DNA from: Paragordius varius
Taxonomy: Eukaryota > Animalia > Nematomorpha
Length of the DNA stretch: 64,000 nucleotides
Reading direction: 5' to 3'
Assembly (NCBI GenBank): GCA_964247055.1
Contig: OZ176054.1
Coordinates: forward strand, 11,780,001-11,844,000
This document shows, piece by piece, positions 1 through 14,649 of the stretch. The notes beneath the pieces were generated by a model that saw only the letters and a program-made list of their open reading frames with translations, was not told where the DNA came from and did no database searches. Numbering within the stretch: position 1 is the first letter of the stretch; each line of letters begins with the position of its first letter. A program made the translations under genes and the position numbers.

Positions 1-185
1 CCGGATAATAACTAATTTGTAATAGTTAAAAGCGAATATAATTAAAAAATAAAAATTATATTTAAAATGTATAAATTAAAATTATAACGAAAAAGATAAA
101 GAGTTACAAACTAATATTTATTTTAAGAAATCCATTTTTAATATAAAACCTATATGAAAATCGGAAATATCAATAATATATATTA

Positions 186-3100
186 CCAGTTTACATTTCT
201 ATTCCTCAATTCGCTAACCAAAACGATAGATTTCATTAAAAAAAAGATATAAAATATAAGATTAATTCTATTTATCGTTATAGACATAATTTTTACTGTA
301 TATATATTATATAAGTTTCAAACCTCTTTTGCCCTTGAATTTTCGTGTGAAACAATATTTTGCTTATCAGTTTGATAAATATGTAATGTGAAGTTTTGTA
401 AAATCCTTATGAGTAACACAGTAAAATCTGCATTATTTCCATGGTTAGGATGAACTTTTGAATTAGGATTATGATTGGTTACCTATTATTATATGTAAAT
501 TATAATTAAAATTAGTCAAAATATTTTTTTTGTTTTCAAAGATTTAGATCGAAAGCATTTAACAAAAAATTGTAATATTGTCAAACGAAATAAGATTTTT
601 ATTATTTGTTGAATAAACTTTTTAGTATAAATAACATTTTTTATTTCTACTAATTTTATTTAAATATTTTTCAATAACTAAATTAAATTTCAAATGAAAA
701 AAAATGATATATAACCAACCAAGTTGACGAGATCAGCGAAAAATGATAGCGTAATTTTTTGAAAGGGTGAACTTAAAGTTGTTATAGCAAGATTTGTTAA
801 ATTATCTCCAAGCATTCTTAACTCTGGTGCAGAATTTAAATGCTTAATTAAATTTTCCCCTTCCAATAATGCATTATTAAAATTATTGGGTTGTTCTGGA
901 GTGTTTATATGATTTCTATCAGTATTGATATCATTTGACATAAGTCCTTTTTGTAATTCATTTAATGTGCTCATATACAAAGCATTTTCATAACCTAACA
1001 AAGTAGGTTCATCATGAGTAATTTCAACAACATTTTTTTCGATCTTTTTGGTGTCCAAACTCAGTTGTTTTTGAGTGGTTTTATTATTAAACAACTCTTG
1101 AAAACAATCAACTACTGTTTCGGAATTATTATTATTAATGTTCAGGCTCCAACCATAAGTTAAAAGAACATCCCTTGGGACTTGGATAAAATCAAATAAA
1201 AGTGGATGACATATTCGATCACACAATTCGGAAAGTAAATTTTCGCTCCGATTATTATTAGTATAGATATAATGGGCAAAATTTGGACATAGCTCATATA
1301 TGGTTAAAACATTTGAGCATAAATTGCTTACTGTCAATAAGCTTGTTATATGAATATTATCATCATTTTTAAGATTTGAACTTATATTAGAAGTACAAAA
1401 ACGATGGATATGAAATTGTGTAGTTTCAAACCATATCTCATACATAGTTGTTGATAAGATTTGTGAGTTTTCCGCCCTTAAATGACATACATTAAAATTA
1501 AATAATAACCATAATACAATAATTATCTAATAAATTAAAACTTACTTTTTATTAGGGTCCACAATATTTGAATTAGACTGCTGAGGGCTAGTTTGAGCGA
1601 AGTTATTATCTAAAAGTTAAAATTTATATTTACCACCATTTTTACAAAGCGTGAAAACGGTGGAAAAGTAATATAGAAAAAGTTCTTTAAAGCACTTTAG
1701 TGCACATGAACATATTTCTTGAACTGTGCCATTCTTAGACACCTGACTGAGATAGCGTAATGTCCAAATCCAACATTCTTCAAATTCTGAATACATATAC
1801 AGTGAAAAATTTTGATTTTTGATATAAAATATAAAGAGCAATATTTTTTTTAATAAATAGTAGATCTTAATAAAATACTCATGTAATTTACATTTGTGAA
1901 ACATAAAAGTGAGTATGTTACCAATTTACATATCTATCCTCTATTTCACAAAAATTATAGCTAAATATTAAAAAATTAGGTTTAAAATTATGGTTTTCTT
2001 GCTAAAAAATGTTATTTTTTTTACCTTTATGGTTTTGTCTTTATAATATTATTGCCTATGTATTTACAAAAATATGCTAAACTTATTTTACAGTTAAAAT
2101 ATTAAAATAAATTAATTTATAATTTTTATACCCTTTTCGTCCACAAAATTGAATGGTAAGAAAATGCCGTTTTTGGCTAACATTTGCGATGATTTTGGGT
2201 TAAATTGAAAAATTCTGGCTATGCCTTCAAGAGCTAAACATTGTGTTTCAGACCATTGTTTTAGAGGACTATCCCGCGTATGATGTATAATTATAGGAGA
2301 ATTATTGCTATCTAGTGGCAATTTTTGATGAGGAATTGTTTGAAGAGATTCAATCGTAAGCGATATATTTGTAAGGAGCGGTATTATAATCTGATAGGCG
2401 AATGTAAGTAAGTTAGCCAAAATAAATTTATAGTAAGCAAAATTATGAATGCTTAAAAAATTATAATTTTTTTCATTAAAAATTGATAAATTTATAATTT
2501 TATAAATGAGTAAGCTATATATATATATATATATATATAACTTCTAAATATTTTAATGTGTAAATATGATATTTTAGCAACTAAATAAAGAAATATAATT
2601 TTTTCATTTCTAAAGATAGCGCGACAATGACTGTGGATTAAAAAAAGAACGCGTTAACCCCAAGTATTTTAAGCAATTTGGTATTAAGATGGTGTATTGT
2701 TTCCATTACTAATTTAATTTTTAAATTCGCTAAAAATGGTCAAAAAAGAGGTATCTAGTCTCATTTTTACATATTATTACAAAAAGCGTTTTTTAATTCA
2801 GAAACTAACACGAATTGTGTTTTATTTTATATGTTTGGGAAAAAATATGACTGACCCCAATTGCGGATTCTGAAAGCCCTGAATTTTTGTACAACTTATC
2901 CTAAACACCCCAATATAAATTAATGTATTTTTACAAATTTTGTCAATCTTTCATTAAAATATTTTATAGAAATTAATCAATAATTATAGATTCAATATTC
3001 AACCTTATTTGGGATAATCAAAAAAGTCAACAAATTATCAAATTTAAAAAAAACAAAGTACTTAGGATCAAAATATTTACAATTCACTTCCTACCTACCC

Positions 3101-6100
3101 TTTTAAAGACTGTATATGCATGAGAAGGGGAATTATCCAAAACCGTTGGTATACTATTATCATTTTCAAGTTTATTCGTGTCTGTAACAATATTGTTGGC
3201 AGGGTAAAAAAGTAATTGATGACAAATTTCGAAATGCGTTTTTTCCAACATGGAAAAAAAAGTTTGAATCCCACTCTTACGTACGGCTGAATGTTGATGC
3301 GTACAACATTGTGCAGTTTTGTCATACAAATCACACCAGAGTTGTGAAAATATTTGTGATAGATATAAGCGTTTATTTATTTCATTAATGGCGGTGGTTG
3401 TTTTAAATGTTTCAAGGGTTCGATTATGCAAGAAATCAGATATATTCCACTATATATATACGTATAAACGTTTTTAAATGTATTAAATAAGATTCGAAAA
3501 GTTTAAAAAGCTGACAAAATGACATACCATTAATCCTATGCCAGTTAGTGATATGTTTGTAAATGCCGTTGCATTATTTGCGACGACCTTTTGTGATGAA
3601 ACAAAACTTAAAATGCAATTAAATATGGTAGGAAATATAGTTATTAGGACATCTTGATCAAATTTGTGTGTCCGGGTATCAAATTTTATTGGTTGTGGCA
3701 AAAATGTCATAGTATTTTGGAGGCCAATCGTAAAACAATGTTCAGTATATTCCGACATCACTAATTGTAAAGCATTGAATCCTGTCTCAAATAACTGAGC
3801 TGATAGAGCTTGTATTTTGGGGTTTGTATGAATTTGAACTAAACATTGGTATAATAAATATAATTATGCTGCATATGAATGATATTACTTTACAGATTCA
3901 AAGTTGCAAAATCGTAAATGAGGTATATAAAATTATTTAGTGAAAAAATTAAACAATCTTCTGACAAAACAGATTTAATAAACCAATTTTTGCAGTTTAG
4001 TGAAATTAATGCATATGACTTTAGCCCTTGCTAAAAATACAATACACCCTAATAATCCTATTTAAATATAGAAATCATCAGGTTAAAAACTCATATTCTC
4101 ATAAAAAGTTTAACTAACATTTTCTAGTTAAGTTAAGGATAAAATTAGATTATTGTATTACGTTTAATTTCTTCCATAATCTCAGAGTTATAGGTATTGA
4201 CATCAGTTACATCATCATGCTGGGAAGAGTTTAATTGTCGTTCACGAAATATTGTTGGTAAAAATTGAGCACATTGGGACAATGTTTGAAATAAGGGGAC
4301 AATAATACATACATTGTTTTCAGAATGATTTGTATCGACATCCTTCTTATCTGAACTTAGATTTTGCGTAAAGAAAGAACTACTAAACCACGTATAAAGT
4401 CGAAATATTTGATGTCCAGAATTACGTAAGATATGTAGCAGTTGATTCAAATGCTTTATAGCTAATTGATAAATTAACGTTACCAGGTCCGTGTAATACG
4501 TTTTAAGGTAAAACGTTTCAATATTATCACTATTTTGCTGAGAAAAAATGTGAATTTTATTCTCATAATTTTGTAAAATTTGGCGTAGTTCTATTGAATC
4601 GCAAAAATCTTGAGTTTTCCTCACAGGATAATACAGTGTAAGCATTATGCATTGAGTAAATTTTAATTTGGCCTCTAACGTGTCAACGTTTATTAAATCT
4701 AAGGATTTGGTAGCCATTTTTTTGGTTGAATCATTACTTTGATTTTGAGTTTCATTATTTTTTAACTTTTTGGTCGTAGGGCTATAAATTGTATTTAGGG
4801 TTTCTTGTATCAATTCCAATACTTTAGAGTGTATAAAATTTGCCAAGGAGGTAGAAATCATCGTATCATTTGGTGTTAAAGGAGCATTGGTCATATTTTT
4901 ACTTGTAGGAATTATAATCAAATTTTTATGACTTAAGAAAAAATTGGTTGGATATGTACAACAATGGTTAAGGAAGGTTAAGCTTAAACCTGCATTTCCA
5001 TACATGATTGTTTTTATACATTTTTCATCCACATAATTTTGCCAAAAAGCTGTAAGATCCTGAAAATTTTCATTATTTTCAATATTTTCATCGTTTTTAA
5101 GGGATGTCATTAGGTGTTGCCTTAATATTTCAAAATATTTGCTAAGCAAAAAATGAAACCAATGCATGTTATCGTGTGCTAATAGCTTTGGGAAAATATT
5201 AGAATGCGTTAAATTGAATTGATCAATTTTCCCTGTTTGAATTTTGGTAGAGTCTTGAAGAGATTCAGAACTTGTGCTGTCAATATTGGATTTTATCTAC
5301 ACAAAATTGAACAAAAAATGAAAACATACAACGAAAATAATGATAAAGTTTTATAAACAGTTTGAATTAATCAACATTAATAGAGTTCTTCCTCATTGAA
5401 TTTTACCAGATGCCAGATACAACAAAGGTTACAGTAAAAATTGTAATTATACAGACAAAACGTAACCATATAAAGACAAATATTTTTTACTAAAAGACAA
5501 CCATACTTTTTGAAACCTTAATGTTTTCCATATAAGCTACTTAATTACAATTATATAATATGAAATTGATCGTGATAGTGATATATATCACTATTTCACA
5601 CTTTGCCATTTAAAACAATGAGTTATATTGAAATAAAAAGATTTAAAAAGTATGGTTGTCTTTCAGAAAAAAATATTTGTCTTATTTTTACGTTTGGTCC
5701 GTACGTATAATTTCAGTTACTGTAATATTGGCTGGCAATAAAAATTAAAAAAATAGCTTTAAAAAGCCAATAAAATTTCCCTTTGCTGTATTTGCTATCT
5801 GGCAATATGGAATGAAATAGTAGCAATACATTCTTAATCAAACTGTACAAAAAAACTTTTTGCTTTTTTTTTGATTTTTTTAAATGTATAAATATAAAAA
5901 ATATTTTACGCAAATTAACAAAAAGAATAAATGTTTGATTGCAGTAACCCCCTCTCATCAGAGCATTTTTATAAAAACAACACTGCCTTTCTTTTAATTT
6001 GCACATGGTCATTGATTATTAATTTTTAAATAAGGTTTTACTTTTAAGATTAATCGATAAAAGTGGAATGTATTTACCCACAAATGAAAGAGATGGGGGT

Positions 6101-9100
6101 GGTCTACTGTAATATTTTAAATTAAAATGCATTGACTTAATTATTAGGTGTTTTTGAAAAAGGCTCATTATAAGGACACGATATTATATATAAAATATTT
6201 ATTTACCAAAATTTGAACATTTTGATTTAAACGGGCACTTATGAGTTGCATCATGGTATCAAGTAAAATGGATAATGTTTTTGATGAATATAATCTAAAA
6301 GCAAGATAAAAATGATTCAATGTATATATTATTATAAGAAAGTTTAAAAATAAGGTAAATATGTAAAATAAAAGTCAAAAAAATCAGCCATATTTTCAAG
6401 TCTTAAATAAAGTAACCTATAAGAGTTGAGTTACTGAATAGGATTTAGATTTAAGAATCCCATACCCTGATATTAAACTCCATGGCCGCAACTAAAAGTT
6501 AAAGATTTAACATTATAATTAATTATTTCCTTTTTAATTGCTTTTTAGCAACTTGGATTTACTACGTATTTGCCCCTTATATTTTCATACTTTAATGTAA
6601 TATACGTAACATAATTGAATTAAATCATACCTTAAGTTTTGTGTTGAAAATAATTTTTTTAGCAATGTTGACATCATTTCAAGCGTAGTTTCTCCCTCAG
6701 TTTTATCATTTGAAAAAGTTTGAGTTTGGGCCAATGTGGAATTCTTTTCTTCGCTAAGTTCATTATCAAAAGCGTAAAATTCGGGAGTTAATTTAAGGGT
6801 CATGACAAAATTCTGTGATAAAAAACAAAAACATAATAATAAAATTTAAATTCAGTCTAACTTTTGTTTGCACACGGATTATTATTAAGCTGTTTTTCAT
6901 TATTTAAGATTTACTTTGTGCGATGCCATTTTACAATAATGTATGGGGAAAAAACCGATTTTTCAATATTTTAGTACAAACCTATCAAAACTTAAGTACG
7001 GAAGAACATTATTAAAATAAAACTCACATGGTTTAAAGGGCAAAAAAATATAATCGTTTTTCATTAAATATAATAATAATTTTTAAAACATCCTAAATTG
7101 TGTATATATATATATATATATATAATATTAAAAATATACTTAATTTATATTAACTTTTTTTTCTAGTCCCATGTTTTCACAAACGATATAAGAAAAATTA
7201 ATTATAAATTATCAAACCGCTATGATGGTTAAAAGAGACTTCCATTGTGCTTGTTGTTGAAATAGGTAACCAAAATCTTGTGTAGTTTTTAGTACCCAAT
7301 TAAAGCAACGTAAATGTTTTTGATTCTATAAAAAGATATGTAAAAAATATTAATATATTTTGATCTAATTTACAATAAATTGATTGTAAAATAAATATAA
7401 ATTTCACTTAACTTTTAAAGTAGAAATAAAATATTTACTAAATCATTTGAAAAGGTTGCATTGCATTCCTTATTAGGTAGAGATTGACGATTGGGGGATG
7501 ATTCACCTAAAAAATATATGTACACATTTTATATATTTAATATTATTTTAATCTAACATTTATATATTTTTTTTAATAAATAAGCTTTAAAAATAAGTAC
7601 TATATGAAAATTATGATGGTCGATGCAAAAACTATGATATATTAATATACTTATTATTTTACTTTCAATAAAAAAATAACCAACATTAAATAGAATATTA
7701 AAACCACCGTTCCGCGGTATCAAGAAAAATGAAATAACTTATACTGTTGTATTTTTATAAAAATGAATAATATCATTTAGATTTTCAGAAAAAACAACGC
7801 ACAAAATAAAATTTTATGTTTATGTTTTATTTTTTATCCATTTTTTTTCATTGTATCAAAATATTAAGGCTATCTATAAATTTTGGTTATTAAAGAGCTA
7901 TTTATAATAAAATTAACGATAATACGTAAACAAAATATGAAATTGTTAGTTTAGAAAATTTAATTTATAACTAGAACCGGCAAAAATAGTTCATTTTCTA
8001 TTTATTTATCACTACGCCTTAAATTCACCCTTGAACAATTCAAATTTACCCTAAAAATAAATTGTGTTTTCGGGCTAATATAACTGATCATTAATAAGAA
8101 ATATATTCTTATGGCATTTATTATATTTTCAGTATTATGTTAAATTTAAACAATTTAATTCTTTAAAAATATATATGTAACTTTTAATATTCAATTAGAC
8201 AGAATTTATTTTAGGGTAAGTTTTAACTCGAGGTCTTTAAATTGTTTAAGGGTGAATTTAAAGTATAAATGGTTATTATGCCATTTGCAAAAATTGATTT
8301 TTATACGCTTTAATTGGTCTTTTTGCATGCATATTTATCTATTTTATCAATTATTATTATTACTTGATTATCATAACTTTACACCATGCGCTTGTAGTGT
8401 TAAACGACACCATCTCAAAACATATATTAAAAATCTCAACAAAATATTTGCTCCATATAATACAGAAAAATCAACATATAAAAACCTGTCTTAACTTTGC
8501 TTAAATCTTCCGTTCTAATATCACTAAGATATGGTAAAGTAAATGAACATAATGTATGGAGGATGGATGAAACACTTTGTTTCATATCTGTTAAGCCGCA
8601 AACTCCAATCAAACAATGCATTTTCCTGGCCAAAATATCAATCACCGTTTGATTTTCGCTAAAAAAGGGGCATACATAAAGGTAATAAAAGTAAACTTTT
8701 TTTTCACATAATAAAACTATCAGTATTTTACATTTTATATGAGAAATCAATAATTAATTGTCATTAGGTTTGGGTTTTTGAGACCTGTAGGATAACCGAT
8801 CATCTGACCGCTTGTATACAAACATTAACGGTAATAACTAATCAAAATTTAGTTGTATCAAAAATAATGATAATTTGAGGAAAATTTTTATTATAACAAT
8901 ATTTTTTTACAAGATATCTAACCTATTCACTCTTATTATATTATAAAATTAATTTATATGTTTAAATACTTTGACTGGTTACCTTACAAACATACACAGT
9001 CGTCAATGCATTTATAACGGGTCAGATCCAATATAAAAAAATGAAAAACCGAAAAATATTCAAAATAAAAATTCAAAAATGGTATACGTTGCTCGAAGGA

Positions 9101-9974
9101 GGATAGTGAGACATACCAGGAGTTTATACCAAGCAAACTGCAAAATCTTAACTTGAATCTCTAAAAAAACACACATAATAAGGCAAATATATAATCGTAT
9201 ATAAACAATATATTGTTAATTTAATTTTCTTTTATAAATATTCTTACTTAAACACAAAAAAAATAAAATTATGAATTTTTTTTGTTAATAAAAACCATCT
9301 ATTTGAGTTTGTCGATGGATTTGAGAATTGTTGAGCAAATTATCGCAAACGTTATCTGTTAAATCCGTTACGCATATGAACAATAAATTCAAGGCATACG
9401 CTGGAGTTAATTGTAAGTTTAAAGCTTCATTCATAGGAACTGGAATGATATCGTTTACATAATTAACAGCAGAATTATGTGAGTAAGGTGGCGTATTATT
9501 ATTGTTATTATGAAGTACGGAATTATATTGCGTTAAATATTTGTCATTAATTATTGACAAACTAAACAAATAATAAAATATTAATGTCCTAAAGTATATA
9601 AAAAAGTTAAATATACTATTTACAGTTCAAAATCACACTCAAACAATTGATATTCACCCTTAAAATAAATTATGTGTTTTCGGGCTAATATAACTCATCA
9701 TTAATAAGAAAAAATATATTCTTATGGCATACTTTATTTTTTTCAGTAATTATATTAATTTTAAACGTAATTTCATTTTTAAAAGAAATAAAAAATATTG
9801 GTAACTCTTAATCTTAAAAAACACATAATTTATTATAAGGTGAATTCAAATTGTTTAAGGGTGAATTTAAACTAAAAATGGTATATTTTGTATAAAAGTC
9901 ACTGTTTTAAGTAAAATTTGATGAAAAATGTAAAATACATTTATAAATTCTTATTTTCTCTATTTCTCTCTCAT

Positions 9975-10021
<47 letters not shown>

Positions 10022-13000
10022 GTTTGTAAATTTGATAGTTCCCTTTAATTTTTATCGTATTAGATGTAAAAAAGTAAATAAATCTAGACATCTGGTTGAC
10101 TTTCTACTTTTTGCGGCATTTTATTATAATTATATATATTTTATGTTTTATCTTTTAAAACTATAGTTTATAAATGACTTACTAATAACATTTAAAATGT
10201 GTAATTTCGATCGATTGAATCAAATCGCCAATATTTTTACGTAAAGATATGGAATCATTATTGTCATCTGGTCCGTTTCTTTCTCCAATTATGTCATCAT
10301 CTATATTTTTTTTCAAAATTAAAATTAAAGTCAGACTACTCTTACAGTAAATATAAAAAACATGAAATAAACCACTTAAGGAATATTTATTACTTATCAA
10401 TCAAAAAATTGCATAAATTAATATGTGATATAATTTTAAATAAATTAACGGCTACATAATTTACCATTATGATCATTGATTTATTTAATAAATGTCAAAT
10501 AGGTATTATGTATATTTATATAAAATATAAATGATTGCCTCCAATGAAAATGATTGAAAAAGGTGAAAAAAATGCTTTGTCACGAATCGCATGTATTAAT
10601 GATGCCAAAAATACTGAAAAATTCTTTGTTAATGTTATAAATGATAAAAATAATTGAATATATAAACAGTATGAACGCATTTTAATGGTTGCTTATTTCA
10701 CACTGTAGTATAGTAGAGGGGGCAATTTGCAACAACACAGTAGTGTATGGAATAAATAATAAAATGTTGAATAAACAATTATTTCCTTTCTTTTTTCCAT
10801 ACACTCCTGTAGTGTTGAAAATTCGCCCTACTATACTTTAGTGTAAAATAAGAAACCATTTTAAATGCATACTGTATATTATCGGCACAATAAGAATTTT
10901 TATTGTAACTACATAATTATTCCAAAATTTATATATAATTTTTAAGAAAAAAACCATTTAGTGTTCCGTTCTGCTCTTTATTCCCAATTTTAGCATTGTC
11001 TCTTGGTTTGGTTTCGTTACAAAAGGCAGATTTTACATTAGTTTCAATGGCTTGTAGGAGCAAATGAAAAATTTTACTGTTGTGTGGTTTAAGGTCATAA
11101 TTTTCACACAGCGTTCTAGAGTTAAATACAATATATAAAAGAGTTCATAATTTTGAAAAAAGTGATTGATAATATAGACAAAATATAAAAAAATATTTTT
11201 CATATTTTTAAATAATTTTAATAAAATCTTTTGAGTGGCGAAATAATAAATAGTGATGTAAATCATTTACATCCTAAATTTTATGTTTCGCATTTATATA
11301 GGGAGTTTAGAAAGAATTAGGAATCAAAAAATATGGGTTAATTTATAAAAAAATTAGCCTTTTACTTAAAGTTTTGTTAGTTATATTCTATATGTCTTTA
11401 TATATTTAATTAGTAGTGTTGAAAAAGATACTCTCTTGTAAATATAAAATTCATTGTATATATCGAAATGTCCAAATTATTTTTTAAAATAAACCATTTG
11501 TGGGATATAGAGAGCAATTTAATATCTATATAAAAATAATGTTCACAAATATTAAAAAACTAATATACCGTAAATATTTTGGTTTCTTTAGTAAAAGATG
11601 TAAAGTTTCTAATGTTATGATTCGTAACCATAGAGGTTTCGTAAACGGATCCAAAAATTTGATTAACATACATATAAAAATTTCGCATTCCATTAACTAA
11701 AACAATATATATATATAATTTTTAATTAAGCAGCGTCTAAATTTATAAGCAATACAATCGCAAAAAACAACATAAATAAAATGTTTTAAAAATAAAACTT
11801 ATATATATTCTAAATCATATCATCTTTATAGGCTTTATTCTCCTTCCTAATGCAAAAGTTAAAAATTTTAGCTAACATTTAACCAAATATTAAAAATGAG
11901 TCAAAAATATATATAAAAAGGATGTGTTTATTTCCTAAAACGATAAAATTTTTTTTTAACTTTTTTAAATTATCTTTAAATACATCTAGGAACTACCAAA
12001 GAATCCATAAATTCCGCCAATATAATGTAGACAAGCTTTAAGAGTTTAATGTTCATTATTAACACACCGGGATTTGGACCAAGGGACATGGCAGATATTT
12101 CATCATTTAAGCTATCAGAGAAAAAAATACAATAGCTATATAAAACAACCATTATTTTTTAAATAACGTAAAAGGTTAACTTAAAGAATTAAAATAATAT
12201 CGCCTAATATGGTGTAAAATTTATATTTTATAAAGCTAATACATACAACTAAAAAAATAATTGCAATAAAAAATCTATCTTTCTACTTGACAAGGAAAAA
12301 TACTTATTTGGTGAATAGAATACATTACATGATCCATTTTAGGGGATTGAATTTAATTTTAAGGTACATAAAGGTTTTCCATGTAAATTTTAAGTTATGG
12401 TAAAAATATTATCCTTTTAAACACTTTGCATGATAGGAAATAGTTTAAAAAAATCTAATTAAACAAAATTCATTACTCAGAAGTGTTGTCAGATTCTTTA
12501 TTATCATAAGACAATTGTTCTCCATTAGTTGTTTCATTGAAAGAATTCAATTGTTTATTGGAGTTTTTTTCGTTTGCAGTTAAATATTTATTATTATTCC
12601 TTACAATAATAAGTTGATGACCAGCCATTCCGGGTTCCGCTTTAACGGAACAATTTATAGCGTTATAACTGATTTGTGGGCTAAATGCTTTTATAATGAG
12701 TGGACACACCTGTTCTTTCAACAGCGCCGTAAATGGTGATAACTAATAGTTGGATATAAAAAAATGAATAGTTGGTTAATTGAGCCTAATAATTGTAAAA
12801 AAAACTTAACGAAACACAAAAACATAAAATGTAAAAAACTAATATTTTAAGCAAATTTTAGCCCAAATGAGATTAGCATCATAATTGTTTTTTTAATCCA
12901 TGGGGCAATAAATGGCCATGAATATGTAGCTTGTTGGTTGGTATATAGATGTTATCAATTTAATAAAATTATAAACATATTTACAAAATTGAAAGTGTAT

Positions 13001-14649
13001 AAAACGAATATAGGTTTACATATAAACATATATTTTGATCCTTATTGTAATTATAAAACTTGAAATTGCTTGTGTAATCAATTTACTCTATTCCTTAATT
13101 GGCAACCCAAAACGACAGGTTAAATATATAAAAAAACTAATGTTAATATGGATTCCTCTTAGAACAAAAGGATTGTCTTTTTTTTTAATTTTTAGTGAAA
13201 CGAAAATTTATAATTACCCGTTGAAATACAAGCGTATATTTATGCATCAAAATTTCAATCAAATGAATTGCATATAGGCGTGATATGCTAAATTGTTCTG
13301 ATTGAGAAGTAGTCAACCATTTTGTGCCATTCTCATCACCATTGGCTATGCCACAAAGATCCTAAAAAATTAAAATATTGTATTTCATAACTATAATAAA
13401 AAAATAATTTAAATTTACGTAAAATTTTAATGTATATATTCAAAAAATATATACATGATACCATCTTTTTCAATGGATAAAATATTTAATGTTATTTTGA
13501 GAAAATAAATAAGATAATATAATTTTACTTTAAAGAGATGATAGGCATCAGCGCAATACATTTTATTATTTTCAATCCAATCTAAACTATTTTCTTTCGT
13601 GGGGGTAAAAGAACGGGGAAGTTCTTCCATTGAATTAACTAAGTTGAGGTAAAAAATTACTAAATTGTTTGCTCTTTTATGAGGGTAAAAACCAAATAAT
13701 AAAAAATATTAAATTGATAAAAAATCTTATAATTTAATCAAATAATACTCAATTTTTTGATATTTTTCTAAAAAAATCAGAAAAAAATTAATTTTTTGGC
13801 TCAGTTCCGTTTAAACCAGCGACAAACTTAGTTTGCAAGTTGATAAACAAATACAATTAACGGTTACATCTTCAAAACTAAAGCCTTTTTTAAAAATGGA
13901 AAAATACATAATAAACACGAATAATCGATTAGTTTATAGGTGTAATTTAAAAGGAGTGGAAAAATTCGAGATATATAAGCTCATACCTGAAAAATCTAAA
14001 ATGATTCGATCAAAAATAACGGAAACAATTTGTTGAATGGTTGCAGAGGCCGTATTAATAACCACTGAGCTATTTGTGATGTCAAGCTTGGTGGGAGATG
14101 GTGTCTTACGCATAGATTCATGAGGGTAATAAGAGTTATTTGCATTTTTTGCATTGTTAATTTGCAGTATTTGGAAGCAATGGGCAAGCAATTTGGCTAA
14201 ATTTGGACCTCTTAACTGGTTATTCATGGTTATTGCAATTATAATGGTTTGCAAAACACGGATTTCATCGACTAAGTCGGACTTTTTAATTAAAATATCT
14301 ATTATTGTGTCAAGTGATGCCTGAATGTGTCAATATATATAATACTTGATCCACCAAAGAAAACATAAAAAGCTTTTGAAATCCAATCAAAGCCATATTA
14401 TATAAATTTTTTTGTTTAGACTCTATACACAGACAATATGGAGTTATCAAATCTTGAGAATGTGTTGCAAGATTCTGCATCTCGACACTTTTGACAATTC
14501 CTAATGCCTTTTCAGTTGCCTAGGAGTTAACCAATGACTACCTCTTTTATGGAGTTATTTTTCTTTTTTATTTCACTTAATATATTTTGATAATTTTGCT
14601 CCAACATTCCACTTTGAATCAACCCAAAATTTAATTGCTTTTGCTGCAT
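186..14649 (-). CDS. MON2: Protein MON2 homolog (Arf-GEF-related Golgi/endosome trafficking protein), multi-exon; probably continues beyond the left edge of the window
   Basis: Spliced translation follows MON2 in order: LSEIKKKNNSIKE|ATEKALGIVK (intron 14520-14541), YNMALIGFQKLF, INTASATIQQIVSVIFDRI, DAYHLFK|DLC, KEQVCPLIIKAFSP, LCENYDLKPHNSKIF, NISLTGIGL, LWCDLYDKTAQCCTHQHSAVRKSGIQTFFS, IIHHTRDSPLKQWSETQCLALEGIARIF, EICSCALKCFKEL. ATG at 14649. Some internal exon boundaries (about 5300-6500) were not resolved. Confidence 0.93.
5432..5722. mobile_element. ~290-bp MITE, family A (CAGTAAAAATT termini, TA target; Tc1/pogo type), within MON2
   Basis: ta|CAGTAAAAATTG...TTACTG|ta; internal inverted motif AAAGACAACCATACTTTT / AAAAGTATGGTTGTCTTT; three more copies in the window. 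Confidence 0.85.
8009..8272. mobile_element. ~265-bp MITE, family T (shares termini with the Tc1/IS630 element at 43851)
   Basis: TTAAATTCACCCTTGAACAATTCAAATTTACCC ... GGGTGAATTTAAAGTATAAATGG; same internal sequence as 9616-9881. Confidence 0.75.
9616..9881. mobile_element. ~265-bp MITE, family T, TA-flanked
   Basis: ta|CTATTTACAGTTCAAAATCAC ... GTGAATTTAAACTAAAAATGG|ta; internal GTGTTTTCGGGCTAATATAAC shared with 8009 and, inverted, with 45795. Confidence 0.8.
9978..10014. repeat. (TA)n microsatellite
   Basis: Perfect TA run. Confidence 0.9.
10667..10874. mobile_element. ~200-bp MITE, family B (CAGTATG termini)
   Basis: CAGTATG..GCATTTTAATGGTTGCTTATTTCACAC ... GTGTAAAATAAGAAACCATTTTAAATGCATACTG|ta; second copy at 27019-27189. 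Confidence 0.75.

Noticed and set aside
5719-5860. MON2 exon apparently using a GTAACT donor supplied by the MITE terminus
   Set aside because: Exon phases around 5400-6010 could not be reconciled by eye, so the exon boundary is unsupported
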